A stretch of DNA of 64,000 nt from Candidatus Nomurabacteria bacterium. GTDB taxonomy: Bacteria; Patescibacteriota; Minisyncoccia; Phycocordibacterales; UBA9973. Location: contig JAHFNH010000002.1 in assembly GCA_023267435.1 (NCBI GenBank), positions 88,706 through 152,705 on the forward strand, written 5' to 3'. Both the position numbers and the translations under genes were made by a program. The first letter of the stretch is position 1, and every line of letters begins with the position of its first letter. This document shows, piece after piece, positions 28,707 to 37,562 of the stretch. Below the pieces are notes generated by a model. The model was given only the letters and a program-made list of their open reading frames with translations. It had not been told where the DNA came from and searched no databases.

Positions 28707-29627
28707 TTAAGATACTAGCGCAATTTGAGCTAATTTGATAGCCCCCTCACGAGATTTCGCTACAGCCAAGAAAAGTGCACGGTGACAAAACACAGCGTCT
28801 TCTACTCCAGAAATTTTTGCAAATTCTTCATCTCTAAGCCCAGCCCAGTTTGTAGGAAAATATTTTTTAGATTTAAAACTCTTATTGTCTACGCGCACAG
28901 TTCTAGCTCCCCAAGTATTATCACTCTCTTTTGGATAAACCACAAAACAAGGTTCTGGAAAATTACTCAAAGCTTCACCGTAAGGATAATCTTTATCTAA
29001 AACAATAATTCTTTTATCTTCGGTATTTTTATAAATAGTAATGACAGACTCTTCAGCAATAATAAAATCTTTCGCGCAAACTATTTCACGCAATAAAATT
29101 TTTTTAGCTATCGCAACACATTCCAAAAACTTCTGATCAACATCCACATAACTCTCTCGCCAGGTAGGACGCATTGATATAAAAAGATCTTGAATTATGT
29201 AAGGTGAAACATCGTATTTTTTTTCAACCAAATCCATACCATTGTCGTGCGCATCTATCGGAGCAGCTAAACGCTTATCTATCATTCTAAATATTTCTTC
29301 TGATTCAGTTATTTCAACTCCGAAATGTTTCCAAACAAGACCGAATGAAGAATATTCTATACTAGAATCCCGTTTTCCTGCACCGCCTATTTGATGATGA
29401 TCGAATCTATTGGTGGCTGGATCGTAAATTCCTCCAACATCAAAAACATAATCCGCATTTTTTATTATCTCTTCATCTCGTGTACGAGCAAGTTCAAAGG
29501 TCTCACCTCTCTTGTCGAATAAAATAGAAAGTGTCGCACAAGCAAAAATATCGTCTGAATGGAACGATCCATTGTGAGTTACTATTTTTCTATTTATTGT
29601 TGTCATAAAATGTTTCAAAAAGTTCAA
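28707..29627 (-). CDS. MYG1/UPF0160 family metal-dependent hydrolase
   Basis: THNGSFHSDD N-terminal motif typical of UPF0160. Confidence 0.75.
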   Translation of the reverse strand: MNFLKHFMTTINRKIVTHNGSFHSDDIFACATLSILFDKRGETFELARTRDEEIIKNADYVFDVGGIYDPATNRFDHHQIGGAGKRDSSIEYSSFGLVWKHFGVEITESEEIFRMIDKRLAAPIDAHDNGMDLVEKKYDVSPYIIQDLFISMRPTWRESYVDVDQKFLECVAIAKKILLREIVCAKDFIIAEESVITIYKNTEDKRIIVLDKDYPYGEALSNFPEPCFVVYPKESDNTWGARTVRVDNKSFKSKKYFPTNWAGLRDEEFAKISGVEDAVFCHRALFLAVAKSREGAIKLAQIALVS

Positions 29628-30195
29628 ACAACCAACCAGCTAATTTATCAAAAATAATAAATCCTATCACCAAAAGTAGAACAATCAACGAAAATCTCCA
29701 TATCTCACGACTCACATTGAGCGCAGTGTAACCGAAAAAATATCCCAACGATAAAAGTAATGGTGCCCAAATGACTGTAGAAATAAATTCTGCTTTCAAA
29801 TATGTTTTCAGTGGTATTCTCTTAAAACCAGAGAAGATTATCACAATATGATTCACTCCCAAGATAAATTTAGAAAGAAAAATTGACCAAAATGGTCTTG
29901 CTTCGAAATGTGGCATGACATATGAAACTCTGCGCTCAAGATATTTTACAAATTTTGTTTCTTTCCAGTTTTTGTTTATAACTGTTCCGATATAATATCC
30001 TAAAAATGTTTTACCCACACCTCCGCATAAAATAAAAACAAAAACAGAGTAAACATCCAATGCTCCCAAATAAGCAAGTATTCCTGTGCAGATAATAATA
30101 AACTCTCCTTCAAAAATAATACCCGCAAAGATCATAGCATAAGCGAGAGCCTCGTGACCTTCTACTAAATGTTTTAATAAATTTACAGTATGCAT
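29590..30195 (-). CDS. DedA/SNARE-associated family membrane protein
   Basis: DedA-like TM topology and G-rich motif (CGGVGKTFLGYYIG). Confidence 0.65.
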   Translation of the reverse strand: MHTVNLLKHLVEGHEALAYAMIFAGIIFEGEFIIICTGILAYLGALDVYSVFVFILCGGVGKTFLGYYIGTVINKNWKETKFVKYLERRVSYVMPHFEARPFWSIFLSKFILGVNHIVIIFSGFKRIPLKTYLKAEFISTVIWAPLLLSLGYFFGYTALNVSREIWRFSLIVLLLVIGFIIFDKLAGWLFELFETFYDNNK

Positions 30196-30204
30196 ATTAA
30201 AAAT

Positions 30205-30654
30205 TTAGAAGAGCGCGTCGACAACCTCTTTCACCACCATGCCGTCAGCCTTGCCTTTCAAGTCTTTCATAAGAGCAGACATAAGCATTCCTTTTTTTGT
30301 CGGATCAGTGATATTTAATTCTTCTTTTTTAGCTTTAGCTATTTTTTCTACTTCTTCTTTACTCATCAATTCTGGTAAATAAGTCTCAAGGATTTTAAGC
30401 TGAGCTTCTTCTTCAGCTACTAGGTCTTCTCTGCCACCCTTCTTAAACTGATCAATAGAATCTTTTCTTTGTTTTGCCAAGCGAGTAATGACAGCTATAA
30501 CTTGTTCATCGGTAAGAAAATCTTGCGGTGTATGCCCTGTCGCCACCAATTCGTTTGTAAAAGCCGTGACCAGTCCGCGCATAACTTCAAGACGAACTTT
30601 ATCTTTCGCCATCATTGCCTCTTTTATTCCTGCTTTTATTTGTTCGTGTAACAT
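30205..30654 (-). CDS. yqeY: GatB/YqeY domain protein
   Basis: 149-aa YqeY-like sequence starting MLHEQIKAG. The 150-aa N-terminal extension in the ORF track is rejected because it overlaps the exonuclease gene on the opposite strand. Confidence 0.75.
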   Translation of the reverse strand: MLHEQIKAGIKEAMMAKDKVRLEVMRGLVTAFTNELVATGHTPQDFLTDEQVIAVITRLAKQRKDSIDQFKKGGREDLVAEEEAQLKILETYLPELMSKEEVEKIAKAKKEELNITDPTKKGMLMSALMKDLKGKADGMVVKEVVDALF

Positions 30655-30690
30655 GTCTGGAATTATAGCAAAATATGGTAGAATAGTGAA

Positions 30691-31407
30691 ATGCAAAAGA
30701 TTATATTTTTCGATACGGAGACCACAGGCAATACTGAAAAAGATTTCCTGTGCCAAATCGCCTACAAGACAGGCGATGAAAATTTTAACGGACTTTATAA
30801 ACCTCCTGTCAAAATTCCACCCGAAGCTTCCGCAGTACATCACATCACAAATAAAATGCTCGAAGGCAAACCGGCTTTCAGTGAAAGTTCCAATTCTAAA
30901 AAAATAAAAGAACTTTTTGAAGATGAAAATTCTGTCGTTGTCGCACATAATGCGACTTTCGACTTGATGATAATCAAAAAAGAAAATATTATCCCTAAAA
31001 ATTTCATTTGCACATTGAGACTCGCTCGACACCTTGATCCGGAAGGAAAAATAGAAAAATATAATTTGCAATATTTGCGCTACTTGCTCGACCTCGATGT
31101 CGAAGCTACGGCGCACGATGCTCTAGGTGATGTTTTGGTTTTAGAAAAACTATTTGAAAGATTAAAAACTAAAATGACTGAAAGTGAAAACTTAACCGAA
31201 GAGCAAGCTATAAATAAAATGATAGAAATTTCTTCACACCCTTCACTACTTAGACACATTCCATTCGGAAAACATAATGGTAAAACAGTCGAAGAAGTTC
31301 TTCGTGTTGATCCTGGTTACCTAGAATGGCTTTTAAAACAAAAACTGGAGAGTGACCAAATCGACGAAGATTGGATTTATACGTTGAAGTATTATTTAAA
31401 TAAATAA
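30691..31407 (+). CDS. DnaQ-like DEDDh 3'-5' exonuclease with C-terminal DUF3820-like domain
   Basis: Exo I FFDTETTG, Exo II AHNATFD, Exo III HDALGD motifs. Confidence 0.8.
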   Translation: MQKIIFFDTETTGNTEKDFLCQIAYKTGDENFNGLYKPPVKIPPEASAVHHITNKMLEGKPAFSESSNSKKIKELFEDENSVVVAHNATFDLMIIKKENIIPKNFICTLRLARHLDPEGKIEKYNLQYLRYLLDLDVEATAHDALGDVLVLEKLFERLKTKMTESENLTEEQAINKMIEISSHPSLLRHIPFGKHNGKTVEEVLRVDPGYLEWLLKQKLESDQIDEDWIYTLKYYLNK

Positions 31408-31409
31408 AA

Positions 31410-32489
31410 ATGGATACACAAAACATTCTCTGGATTATCATAGGAGTTTTAGGCGGAGGAATACTCGCCTATTTGTTGTTGAATAAAAAAGACCTGTCCG
31501 ACGATGAGGCGGAAAAAAAAGCTCACAATGACGTCGGTCTTCAGCTTATTCTGACTCAACTAAATGAAATCTCCCGAACAGTCGACTCTAAAATTGGTGA
31601 ATCACATAGACAAGTCAATGAGAGTCTTAAATTTCACTCTTCTGAATCAAATAAAATAATCCGTGATGTTACAGAAAGATTAACTAGACTCGATGAGACA
31701 AACAAACAAGTCATTTCTTTTGCTGACCAGCTTCAAAGCTTGCAAGATGTGTTGAAAAATCCAAAACAACGCGGAATACTCGGCGAATATTATCTTGAAA
31801 CAGTTTTAAAAAATGTTCTTCCACCGGGAAGCTACCAAATGCAATACCCTTTTCCAGACGGCACTATCGTGGATGCTGTTGTATTCGTAAAAGATAAAAT
31901 AATTCCTATCGATTCTAAATTCTCATTGGAGAATTATAATAGAATGATCGAGAGTAAAAGTACTGAAGAAAAAGACAGATATGAGAAAATTTTCGTGAAT
32001 GATTTAAAAAACAGAATCGTGGAAACTTCAAAATATATCCAACCTGCTCAAGGTACGACAGACTTCGCTTTTATGTTCATTCCGCACGAAGCTATTTATT
32101 ATGATTTGCTTGTAAATAAAATCGGCGGATTAAAAGATGAAGAAAATGAAAACCTCATCCAACGCGCCGCCGGAAAATACAAAGTTATAATCACTTCACC
32201 CACTTCTTTCCTCGCATATTTGCAGACAGTCCTCCAGGGACTCAAAGCTTTACAAATAGAAGAATCTGCAAAAGAAATAATCAAGAAAGTCGAAGATCTC
32301 GGTAAGCATTTAAAGTCTTATGATGAATATCACACAAAGCTCGGCAATTCCCTTTCGACTGTCATAAACCACTACAACGCTTCAAATAAAGAACTTAAAA
32401 AAATAGATAAAGATGTCTTGCGTATTTCTGGCTCCTCACCAGAACTCTCAGCCCTCGAACTCGAGAAACCTAGAACAGAAGAAGATTAA
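31410..32489 (+). CDS. rmuC: DNA recombination protein RmuC
   Basis: N-terminal TM, coiled coil, RmuC nuclease-like core (FAFMFIPHEAIYYDLL). Confidence 0.8.
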   Translation: MDTQNILWIIIGVLGGGILAYLLLNKKDLSDDEAEKKAHNDVGLQLILTQLNEISRTVDSKIGESHRQVNESLKFHSSESNKIIRDVTERLTRLDETNKQVISFADQLQSLQDVLKNPKQRGILGEYYLETVLKNVLPPGSYQMQYPFPDGTIVDAVVFVKDKIIPIDSKFSLENYNRMIESKSTEEKDRYEKIFVNDLKNRIVETSKYIQPAQGTTDFAFMFIPHEAIYYDLLVNKIGGLKDEENENLIQRAAGKYKVIITSPTSFLAYLQTVLQGLKALQIEESAKEIIKKVEDLGKHLKSYDEYHTKLGNSLSTVINHYNASNKELKKIDKDVLRISGSSPELSALELEKPRTEED

Positions 32490-32590
32490 AAAATTACTTG
32501 TTTTAATATTGACATACACGCACTATTTTTATATAGTGTAAGTCTTGATTTTTGACAACTAAATAATACTAACCTCTAAAAACAAAACTT

Positions 32591-33136
32591 ATGAAAAACG
32601 GAAATGGAAAAACATGTCTAACGGTTATAACCTATGCCATGAAACACTTTTATTTAAAAAGTGTAAAAACACTAGAAAAAGAATTGGCTGATTTGATATC
32701 AGCTAATAAGTATCCTGACCCAAACATTGTTGAGGCAACAATGGAAAAACTAACTGAAAAACAAAGAATAGCTAGTTCTACTTCTATTGTTCCACATGAT
32801 CAAACAGAAGAAGTTAAACTCGGCAATGCCGTTGAAGTTATATTGACTGGTGGAAAATACAGAACAATATTTATTGATGGAGTTGGTTTTGGAATGGAAG
32901 GAAAAGACTTTTTACCCGAAAACCATACTGTAATTCCTACAAATTCTCCGTTTGGTAAAGCTATCCTTGGAAAAAAAGTAGGCGAAGAAGGAAGTTATAC
33001 TGTTGGAAACCTTACTTTTAAATTTAAAGTGGTGAAAATAATCCCTTATTTAGAAGCAGTAAAAATATTTTTTAGAGACCTTCGACCTAAAGAGGAAGAA
33101 GTAAAAGAAAAATTACAACAAGAAGTGACAGTATAA
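32591..33136 (+). CDS. GreA/GreB-family transcription factor paralog (C-terminal FKBP-like domain conserved, N-terminal coiled coil divergent)
   Basis: VIPTNSPFGKAILGKKVGEE matches the GreA C-domain; a canonical greA is at 48328..48795. Confidence 0.6.
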   Translation: MKNGNGKTCLTVITYAMKHFYLKSVKTLEKELADLISANKYPDPNIVEATMEKLTEKQRIASSTSIVPHDQTEEVKLGNAVEVILTGGKYRTIFIDGVGFGMEGKDFLPENHTVIPTNSPFGKAILGKKVGEEGSYTVGNLTFKFKVVKIIPYLEAVKIFFRDLRPKEEEVKEKLQQEVTV

Positions 33137-33235
33137 ATGCTGTTACTTAATCACAAAAACGCGTTTCTAAACAGATACGCGTTTTATTTTTTTCTTTTTT
33201 ATAAAAAAATGTTATATTAAAAAAGTTAGTTACAT

Positions 33236-33310
33236 GGCCTCATCGTCTATCAGTTAGGACACAAGCTTCTCAAGCTTGGAAGCTGGGTGCGATTCCCAGT
33301 GAGGTCACCA
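33236..33310 (+). tRNA. trnE: tRNA-Glu (anticodon CUC), 3' CCA encoded
   Basis: Hand fold: acceptor GGCCTCA/TGAGGTC, anticodon loop TTCTCAA, T-arm CTGGG-TGCGATT-CCCAG, then ACCA. Confidence 0.8.
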
Positions 33311-33405
33311 TTTAGAGCTAGCACGAGAAGCATAGAAAATTTAAATAAAAAAACTCCCACCTAAATAATATAGGTAAGAGTTTTGTAAAATTTACTTTTT
33401 AAGTA

Positions 33406-34101
33406 TTAATCAATGGCAGCAGAAAAAGATACAAACGATTCATTGTAAAGTAAAGTCTGAGAAATATCCAAGACTCTATGTGTTTTTTTAACTTTAACGA
33501 TAGTAGTAGAACCATCTTTTAGCTTTACGTAAAATAAATTCGCTGTGCCATCTATAAGTAGACCATCATAAGTTTCGTCTTTAACATGAAATTTAGCATG
33601 AAAAAGCATTGACCATAGTACTCGAACAAAATTTTTGAAATCTATTGGTGTTAAACGATTAAGTTCTCCTCTGAGTACACCCGCTAATTTACCTTCAAAA
33701 GCATCCTTAGAAAAATTATCAATTTTTCTAAGCTTAGTTCGACTTTCAAATTCTAATGTTATATTCCTAAAAGGAGTTATAAAATTATCAAAAAACTCCT
33801 CTGTTAAATATAAATCAATTCCGAGTTGCCTAGAACTGAAATCCCCAAACTTATCTGGAAGATCTAATTTAGAAAGATTTAAAATTATTATGTTCCTAAT
33901 ATTCGCATGATTTTTTATCATACTTCCAGTAAAGAATCCTTTATTCACTAAATATTCAACCGCTTCTGTTATTAATTTTTCTTTAATAACTTTACTCGTC
34001 ACATCGTTCGGATTTATGCCCATATTTTTAAGAGCATTTTCATACCCCAAAAGCAATTCATGCCCTTGAGTGTGACTAATTACCTGGCTTACATTTTTCA
34101 T
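33406..34101 (-). CDS. Hypothetical protein (231 aa)
   Basis: ORF only; first gene of the tRNA-adjacent accessory stretch. Confidence 0.5.
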   Translation of the reverse strand: MKNVSQVISHTQGHELLLGYENALKNMGINPNDVTSKVIKEKLITEAVEYLVNKGFFTGSMIKNHANIRNIIILNLSKLDLPDKFGDFSSRQLGIDLYLTEEFFDNFITPFRNITLEFESRTKLRKIDNFSKDAFEGKLAGVLRGELNRLTPIDFKNFVRVLWSMLFHAKFHVKDETYDGLLIDGTANLFYVKLKDGSTTIVKVKKTHRVLDISQTLLYNESFVSFSAAID

Positions 34102-34240
34102 TTTGCATACCGTATTAAATTAACAAATTACATTATGTCCTTTTAAGGACATGGCCGATATCGTGGAATCGGTTACCTTTACCATTTATTTTACACTACA
34201 ACTTACTTTCTAATTTAGCAAGAAAAAATTCTAAATACCT

Positions 34241-34281
34241 TTATATTACTTATAATAAGGTTCCAATTCCGTCCCGTTTGG
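34241..34281. repeat. 41-nt direct repeat R1 (ttatattacttataataaGGTTCCAATTCCGTCCCGTTTGG) downstream of the secreted-protein cassette
   Basis: 36/41 identical to R2 at 34952..34992. Confidence 0.8.
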
Positions 34282-34329
34282 CTCACAAAAAGATACTTAT
34301 ACGAAAAGTATCAATACCTATCTTTCAAT

Positions 34330-34358
34330 AAAAAAACGCACCATTTAAGATGCGCTCT
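34330..34358 (-). terminator. Terminator of gene 34374..34826 (minus: agcgcatcttaaatggtgcg + U-run)
   Basis: Imperfect hairpin plus T-run. Confidence 0.55.
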
Positions 34359-34373
34359 AATAATTTTATTTAT

Positions 34374-34826
34374 TTAAAACCAATCACCAATTTTACCCTT
34401 AACTCCGAGAGGAGCTTTGTCATCATAAAAATGAACAAAATAATCCTCTACCTTAAGATTAAAATCTTTCCATTTAATCAGAAAGTTTGGATATTCTTTA
34501 CTGTATCGAGAATCTTTAGAAAAAAAATCAATCGGGTATATTTTTGATTCTCCTTTCTTAAGGACATCTCCTTCAGCAATACCACCTGTATGCCACATCT
34601 GTGTTTTCATGTATGGTTCATAATAATAACCACTTTTTGTGCCAACAATAACTTTCTCACATAATAAATTGGTAATTCCCCAGTATTTCTTACCATCTTT
34701 TTGTAAAACACAAATTTTTATACTATCGTTATTTATTTTTTTAATTGCGTAAGTGGTGTAAGTTTTTTGACCAAATACAAGCATACAGGACAACATATAA
34801 GTTGTCAGAATAATTAGTGTTTTCAT
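34374..34826 (-). CDS. Secreted hypothetical protein (150 aa, signal peptide)
   Basis: N-terminal MKTLIILTTYMLSCMLVFGQ; own promoter and terminator; flanked by R1/R2. Confidence 0.6.
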   Translation of the reverse strand: MKTLIILTTYMLSCMLVFGQKTYTTYAIKKINNDSIKICVLQKDGKKYWGITNLLCEKVIVGTKSGYYYEPYMKTQMWHTGGIAEGDVLKKGESKIYPIDFFSKDSRYSKEYPNFLIKWKDFNLKVEDYFVHFYDDKAPLGVKGKIGDWF

Positions 34827-34874
34827 TTTATTTAAGGTTTTTAAAGAAGTTAATACTTATTTCTATCTAAATTC

Positions 34875-34905
34875 AGATTACCATATAAATCATTGACTTG
34901 TCAAT
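34875..34905. promoter_or_regulatory. Bidirectional promoter module copy D: TTGACttGTCAA with TGgTAATCT extended -10 toward gene 34374..34826
   Basis: Same architecture as modules A, B, C. Confidence 0.6.
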
Positions 34906-34951
34906 TATTACGTGGGTACAACTCAATGTGTAAGTACAACACCGAAATTAC

Positions 34952-34992
34952 TTATATTTCTTACTATAAAGTTCCAATTCCGTCCCGTTTGG
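34952..34992. repeat. 41-nt direct repeat R2 upstream of the secreted-protein cassette
   Basis: ttatatttcttactataaaGTTCCAATTCCGTCCCGTTTGG. Confidence 0.8.
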
Positions 34993-35002
34993 GACACAGA
35001 AA

Positions 35003-35037
35003 ATAAAAAAGACCTAACAAATGTGTTAGGTCTTTTG
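35003..35037. terminator. Bidirectional terminator (aagacctaacaaatgtgttaggtctt)
   Basis: Hairpin with A/T flanks, 3' of gene 35057..35554. Confidence 0.75.
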
Positions 35038-35056
35038 AGTGCAATTCATACATGGA

Positions 35057-35554
35057 TCACACTCTGTAATTTTTATTAAAATCATTAATCACAAAGGAAA
35101 GAAGATCAAATCGCTGTTCCCATCTGATATTAACTTTCTCTGTGCTGTATGATTTAAACTGAGCATTAATATCTCCAACCTCATAACCTGAAGAAATAAT
35201 ACATTCAGTTTTTAATTCCATAGTCCATATATATTTTTCATATCCTTTTTCAATGTATTCATCGGGCTTACTCGAACGGGAGCAAGTCATTCGAACATTT
35301 ACACATTGATCGTGTTTTTGAAAACAAAAAATTAAAATACTATGGAACATGTTTATTGTTAATTCAATGTGCCCGGCAATAGGTTTACCATCTTTTCTTG
35401 AAATGGAAAAATCCACTTCCTTTATTATTGTTCCATTACGATCTGTGATTTCTTCTTTTCCAATGGCATGTTTTAAGTATGCTTTATACATTTTTTCGAG
35501 ATTCTTAGGATCAAAACCAATCTTTGGTTCAGTTTCCTTTTTAAATGTTTCCAT
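35057..35554 (-). CDS. Hypothetical protein (165 aa)
   Basis: ORF only. Confidence 0.5.
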   Translation of the reverse strand: METFKKETEPKIGFDPKNLEKMYKAYLKHAIGKEEITDRNGTIIKEVDFSISRKDGKPIAGHIELTINMFHSILIFCFQKHDQCVNVRMTCSRSSKPDEYIEKGYEKYIWTMELKTECIISSGYEVGDINAQFKSYSTEKVNIRWEQRFDLLSFVINDFNKNYRV

Positions 35555-35659
35555 TCTTATTAGTTATTAAGTTGTTAGTATTATTAGTTAATACGCCAAA
35601 ATGTTTGTAAAAGTGCGTTTAACTACAGACTACAACCTTTGTTATTTTTTGTCAAATCA

Positions 35660-35691
35660 AAAAAATCACCTGTTTCAACAAGTGATTTTTA
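35660..35691. terminator. Terminator hairpin (aatcacctgtttcaacaagtgatt) after the CBS gene
   Basis: Hairpin with A/T flanks. Confidence 0.65.
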
Positions 35692-35705
35692 AAAAAGATT
35701 TATTT

Positions 35706-36149
35706 TTACAGATGCTTTTCAAAAATATTTTTGAAAATATCGTGACGAGAAACAATGCCTACGATTTTACCATTTTCAACTACTGGTATTCTATTGATAC
35801 CGCGAGAAAGCATAATGGAACCAATCTTCATAACCGGCATATCCGGATCAGCAAAAATCACAACTTTAGTCATAAATTTTTCAATATGATGATCTTTAAT
35901 TTCTTCGATTTTTTTCTCCCTTTCTTCAAAATCTGTATAAGCTTCGGGGTTAGTATAGAAACTGCTATAAAACGGATACAAGACTCGGAAAAGATCTTTT
36001 TCGGAAAGCACACCGACAAGGTTGCCTGCATCGTCAACTACCGGTGCACCAGAAATATTTTTCTCACGGAGAATTTTTGCCGCATCATGATACGAGGTGT
36101 CTTTGTGAATCGTGACTAATAAGGTTGTCATCACGTCTTTGACTTTCAT
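35706..36149 (-). CDS. CBS-domain pair protein
   Basis: Two CBS motifs (…ISGAPVVDDAGNLVGVLSEKD… and …INRIPVVENGKIVGIVSRHD…). Confidence 0.85.
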   Translation of the reverse strand: MKVKDVMTTLLVTIHKDTSYHDAAKILREKNISGAPVVDDAGNLVGVLSEKDLFRVLYPFYSSFYTNPEAYTDFEEREKKIEEIKDHHIEKFMTKVVIFADPDMPVMKIGSIMLSRGINRIPVVENGKIVGIVSRHDIFKNIFEKHL

Positions 36150-36209
36150 ACTTTAATGATACCACGCCGATAAAATATCTCAACAAGCAAATTATCAATA
36201 TGCAACATA

Positions 36210-36252
36210 AAAAACAAAAATACCAGTGACTCTCATTTGAGAGACACTGGTA
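36210..36252 (-). terminator. Terminator hairpin overlapping the stop codon of gene 36233..36853
   Basis: taccagtgactctcatttgagagacactggta plus U-run on minus strand. Confidence 0.6.
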
Positions 36253-36853
36253 TTAATTCAGCTGCTATTTTTTTGTCGGGACAGCTGGAAAGCTTCGCTA
36301 ATTCTTTTAATTGCTTGGCACAGGTTTGATACAGAACAAGAGTTTCTTTGGTCATCGGCTCAGGTCTGTCATTGTTATGAAAACCAATTATAGTGCCAGC
36401 CAATACGCACAGTTCTTCGAAAGTCATCTCTTGAACATTTTTTTTACAAGTTATGTTCATTCGCAATGCGCCTTTCTCTATGGTCAAGCTGTCGAATGGC
36501 ACTATAATGTAATGTATGGAAATATTTGAAAAGATATTTTCTATATCCTTATCAAACTTTTTCCATAACAATGTCTGCGCTTCAGTAGAATCGCCATAAG
36601 TGTGGCTATTCATAACAAGGCAGAATTCAAGCAGATTCGAAGCATTTTGAGCGGCAGTAAGGTAAGTGCTGGTAACAGTGGGTAATGCTACATCAAATGG
36701 ATCGATTTTACCCTTTTGTGCTTTTGTTTCGTAAGCTTCTTTAGCCTGCAACATTTCCTGGTAACTTGCATCAAATTTTTTCGACACGCAGTCGTTTTGA
36801 GCATGTGCCAGCGGTCCTAAAAGAACCACGAGAATTAGAATTATTTTTTTCAT
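36233..36853 (-). CDS. Secreted hypothetical protein (206 aa, signal peptide)
   Basis: MKKIILILVVLLGPLAHAQ signal peptide. Confidence 0.55.
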   Translation of the reverse strand: MKKIILILVVLLGPLAHAQNDCVSKKFDASYQEMLQAKEAYETKAQKGKIDPFDVALPTVTSTYLTAAQNASNLLEFCLVMNSHTYGDSTEAQTLLWKKFDKDIENIFSNISIHYIIVPFDSLTIEKGALRMNITCKKNVQEMTFEELCVLAGTIIGFHNNDRPEPMTKETLVLYQTCAKQLKELAKLSSCPDKKIAAELIPVSLK

Positions 36854-36990
36854 TTATGAAAGTCCCTCCGCGGACTGTTTTTAAAAAACTATTTATAGAC
36901 TTTTTCTATTTTGATTTTAACATACCAAATATATTTGTCAAACTTTACGTAAACAATGCTCAAAATTTATTTATCTGCTAATATAAAAGA

Positions 36991-37557
36991 GTGAAAATAA
37001 CATCCATGAAATTCGTAAGAGGAATCGTGAGTGACGATCCGATCTTGGGCAACAATATCCCCCAGATCGCCTTTATTGGGCGCTCCAATGTCGGTAAATC
37101 AACTCTTATCAATACTTTGACCAATAGTAAAATAGTTCGCACAAGTTCCTTTCCGGGCAGAACTCAAGAGATAAATCTTTTCCTTGTGAACAACTCGCAT
37201 TACTTTGTCGATCTTCCAGGATATGGCTTTGCTCGCGCTTCTGGTGCTGGCCGTGAAAAAATCAGTAGTTTGATAGAGTCTTATTTGTTTAATTCCCTTT
37301 ACGAACAAAAGAAAATAATATTTATTATTGATGCAAGTGTCGGGATGACAGATGGAGACAAAGCAATGCTCCGAGATCTAGAAGACAATCACAAGGATTT
37401 TATTATTGTTACCAATAAAGTAGACAGAATGAATCAATCTGAATATCACAAAAAAATAACTGAAATAAAAAATACAGTGGGTGCGCACACCATCATCCCA
37501 TTTTCATCAACAAAAAAAATAGGAGTCAAACCGCTTTTGAGCGAGATTTTTAATTAA
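36991..37557 (+). CDS. engB: Ribosome biogenesis GTPase YihA/EngB (YsxC)
   Basis: IAFIGRSNVGKSTLIN G1 motif and EngB architecture. Confidence 0.88.
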   Translation: MKITSMKFVRGIVSDDPILGNNIPQIAFIGRSNVGKSTLINTLTNSKIVRTSSFPGRTQEINLFLVNNSHYFVDLPGYGFARASGAGREKISSLIESYLFNSLYEQKKIIFIIDASVGMTDGDKAMLRDLEDNHKDFIIVTNKVDRMNQSEYHKKITEIKNTVGAHTIIPFSSTKKIGVKPLLSEIFN

Positions 37558-37562
37558 ATAAA

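Noticed and set aside
30205-31116. 303-aa minus-strand ORF with a 150-aa N-terminal extension upstream of the YqeY domain
   Set aside because: The extension has no recognisable features and is fully overlapped by a convincing DEDDh exonuclease gene on the plus strand (30691..31407). The YqeY domain starts at an internal Met (30654), so the long form is an ORF-finder artefact.
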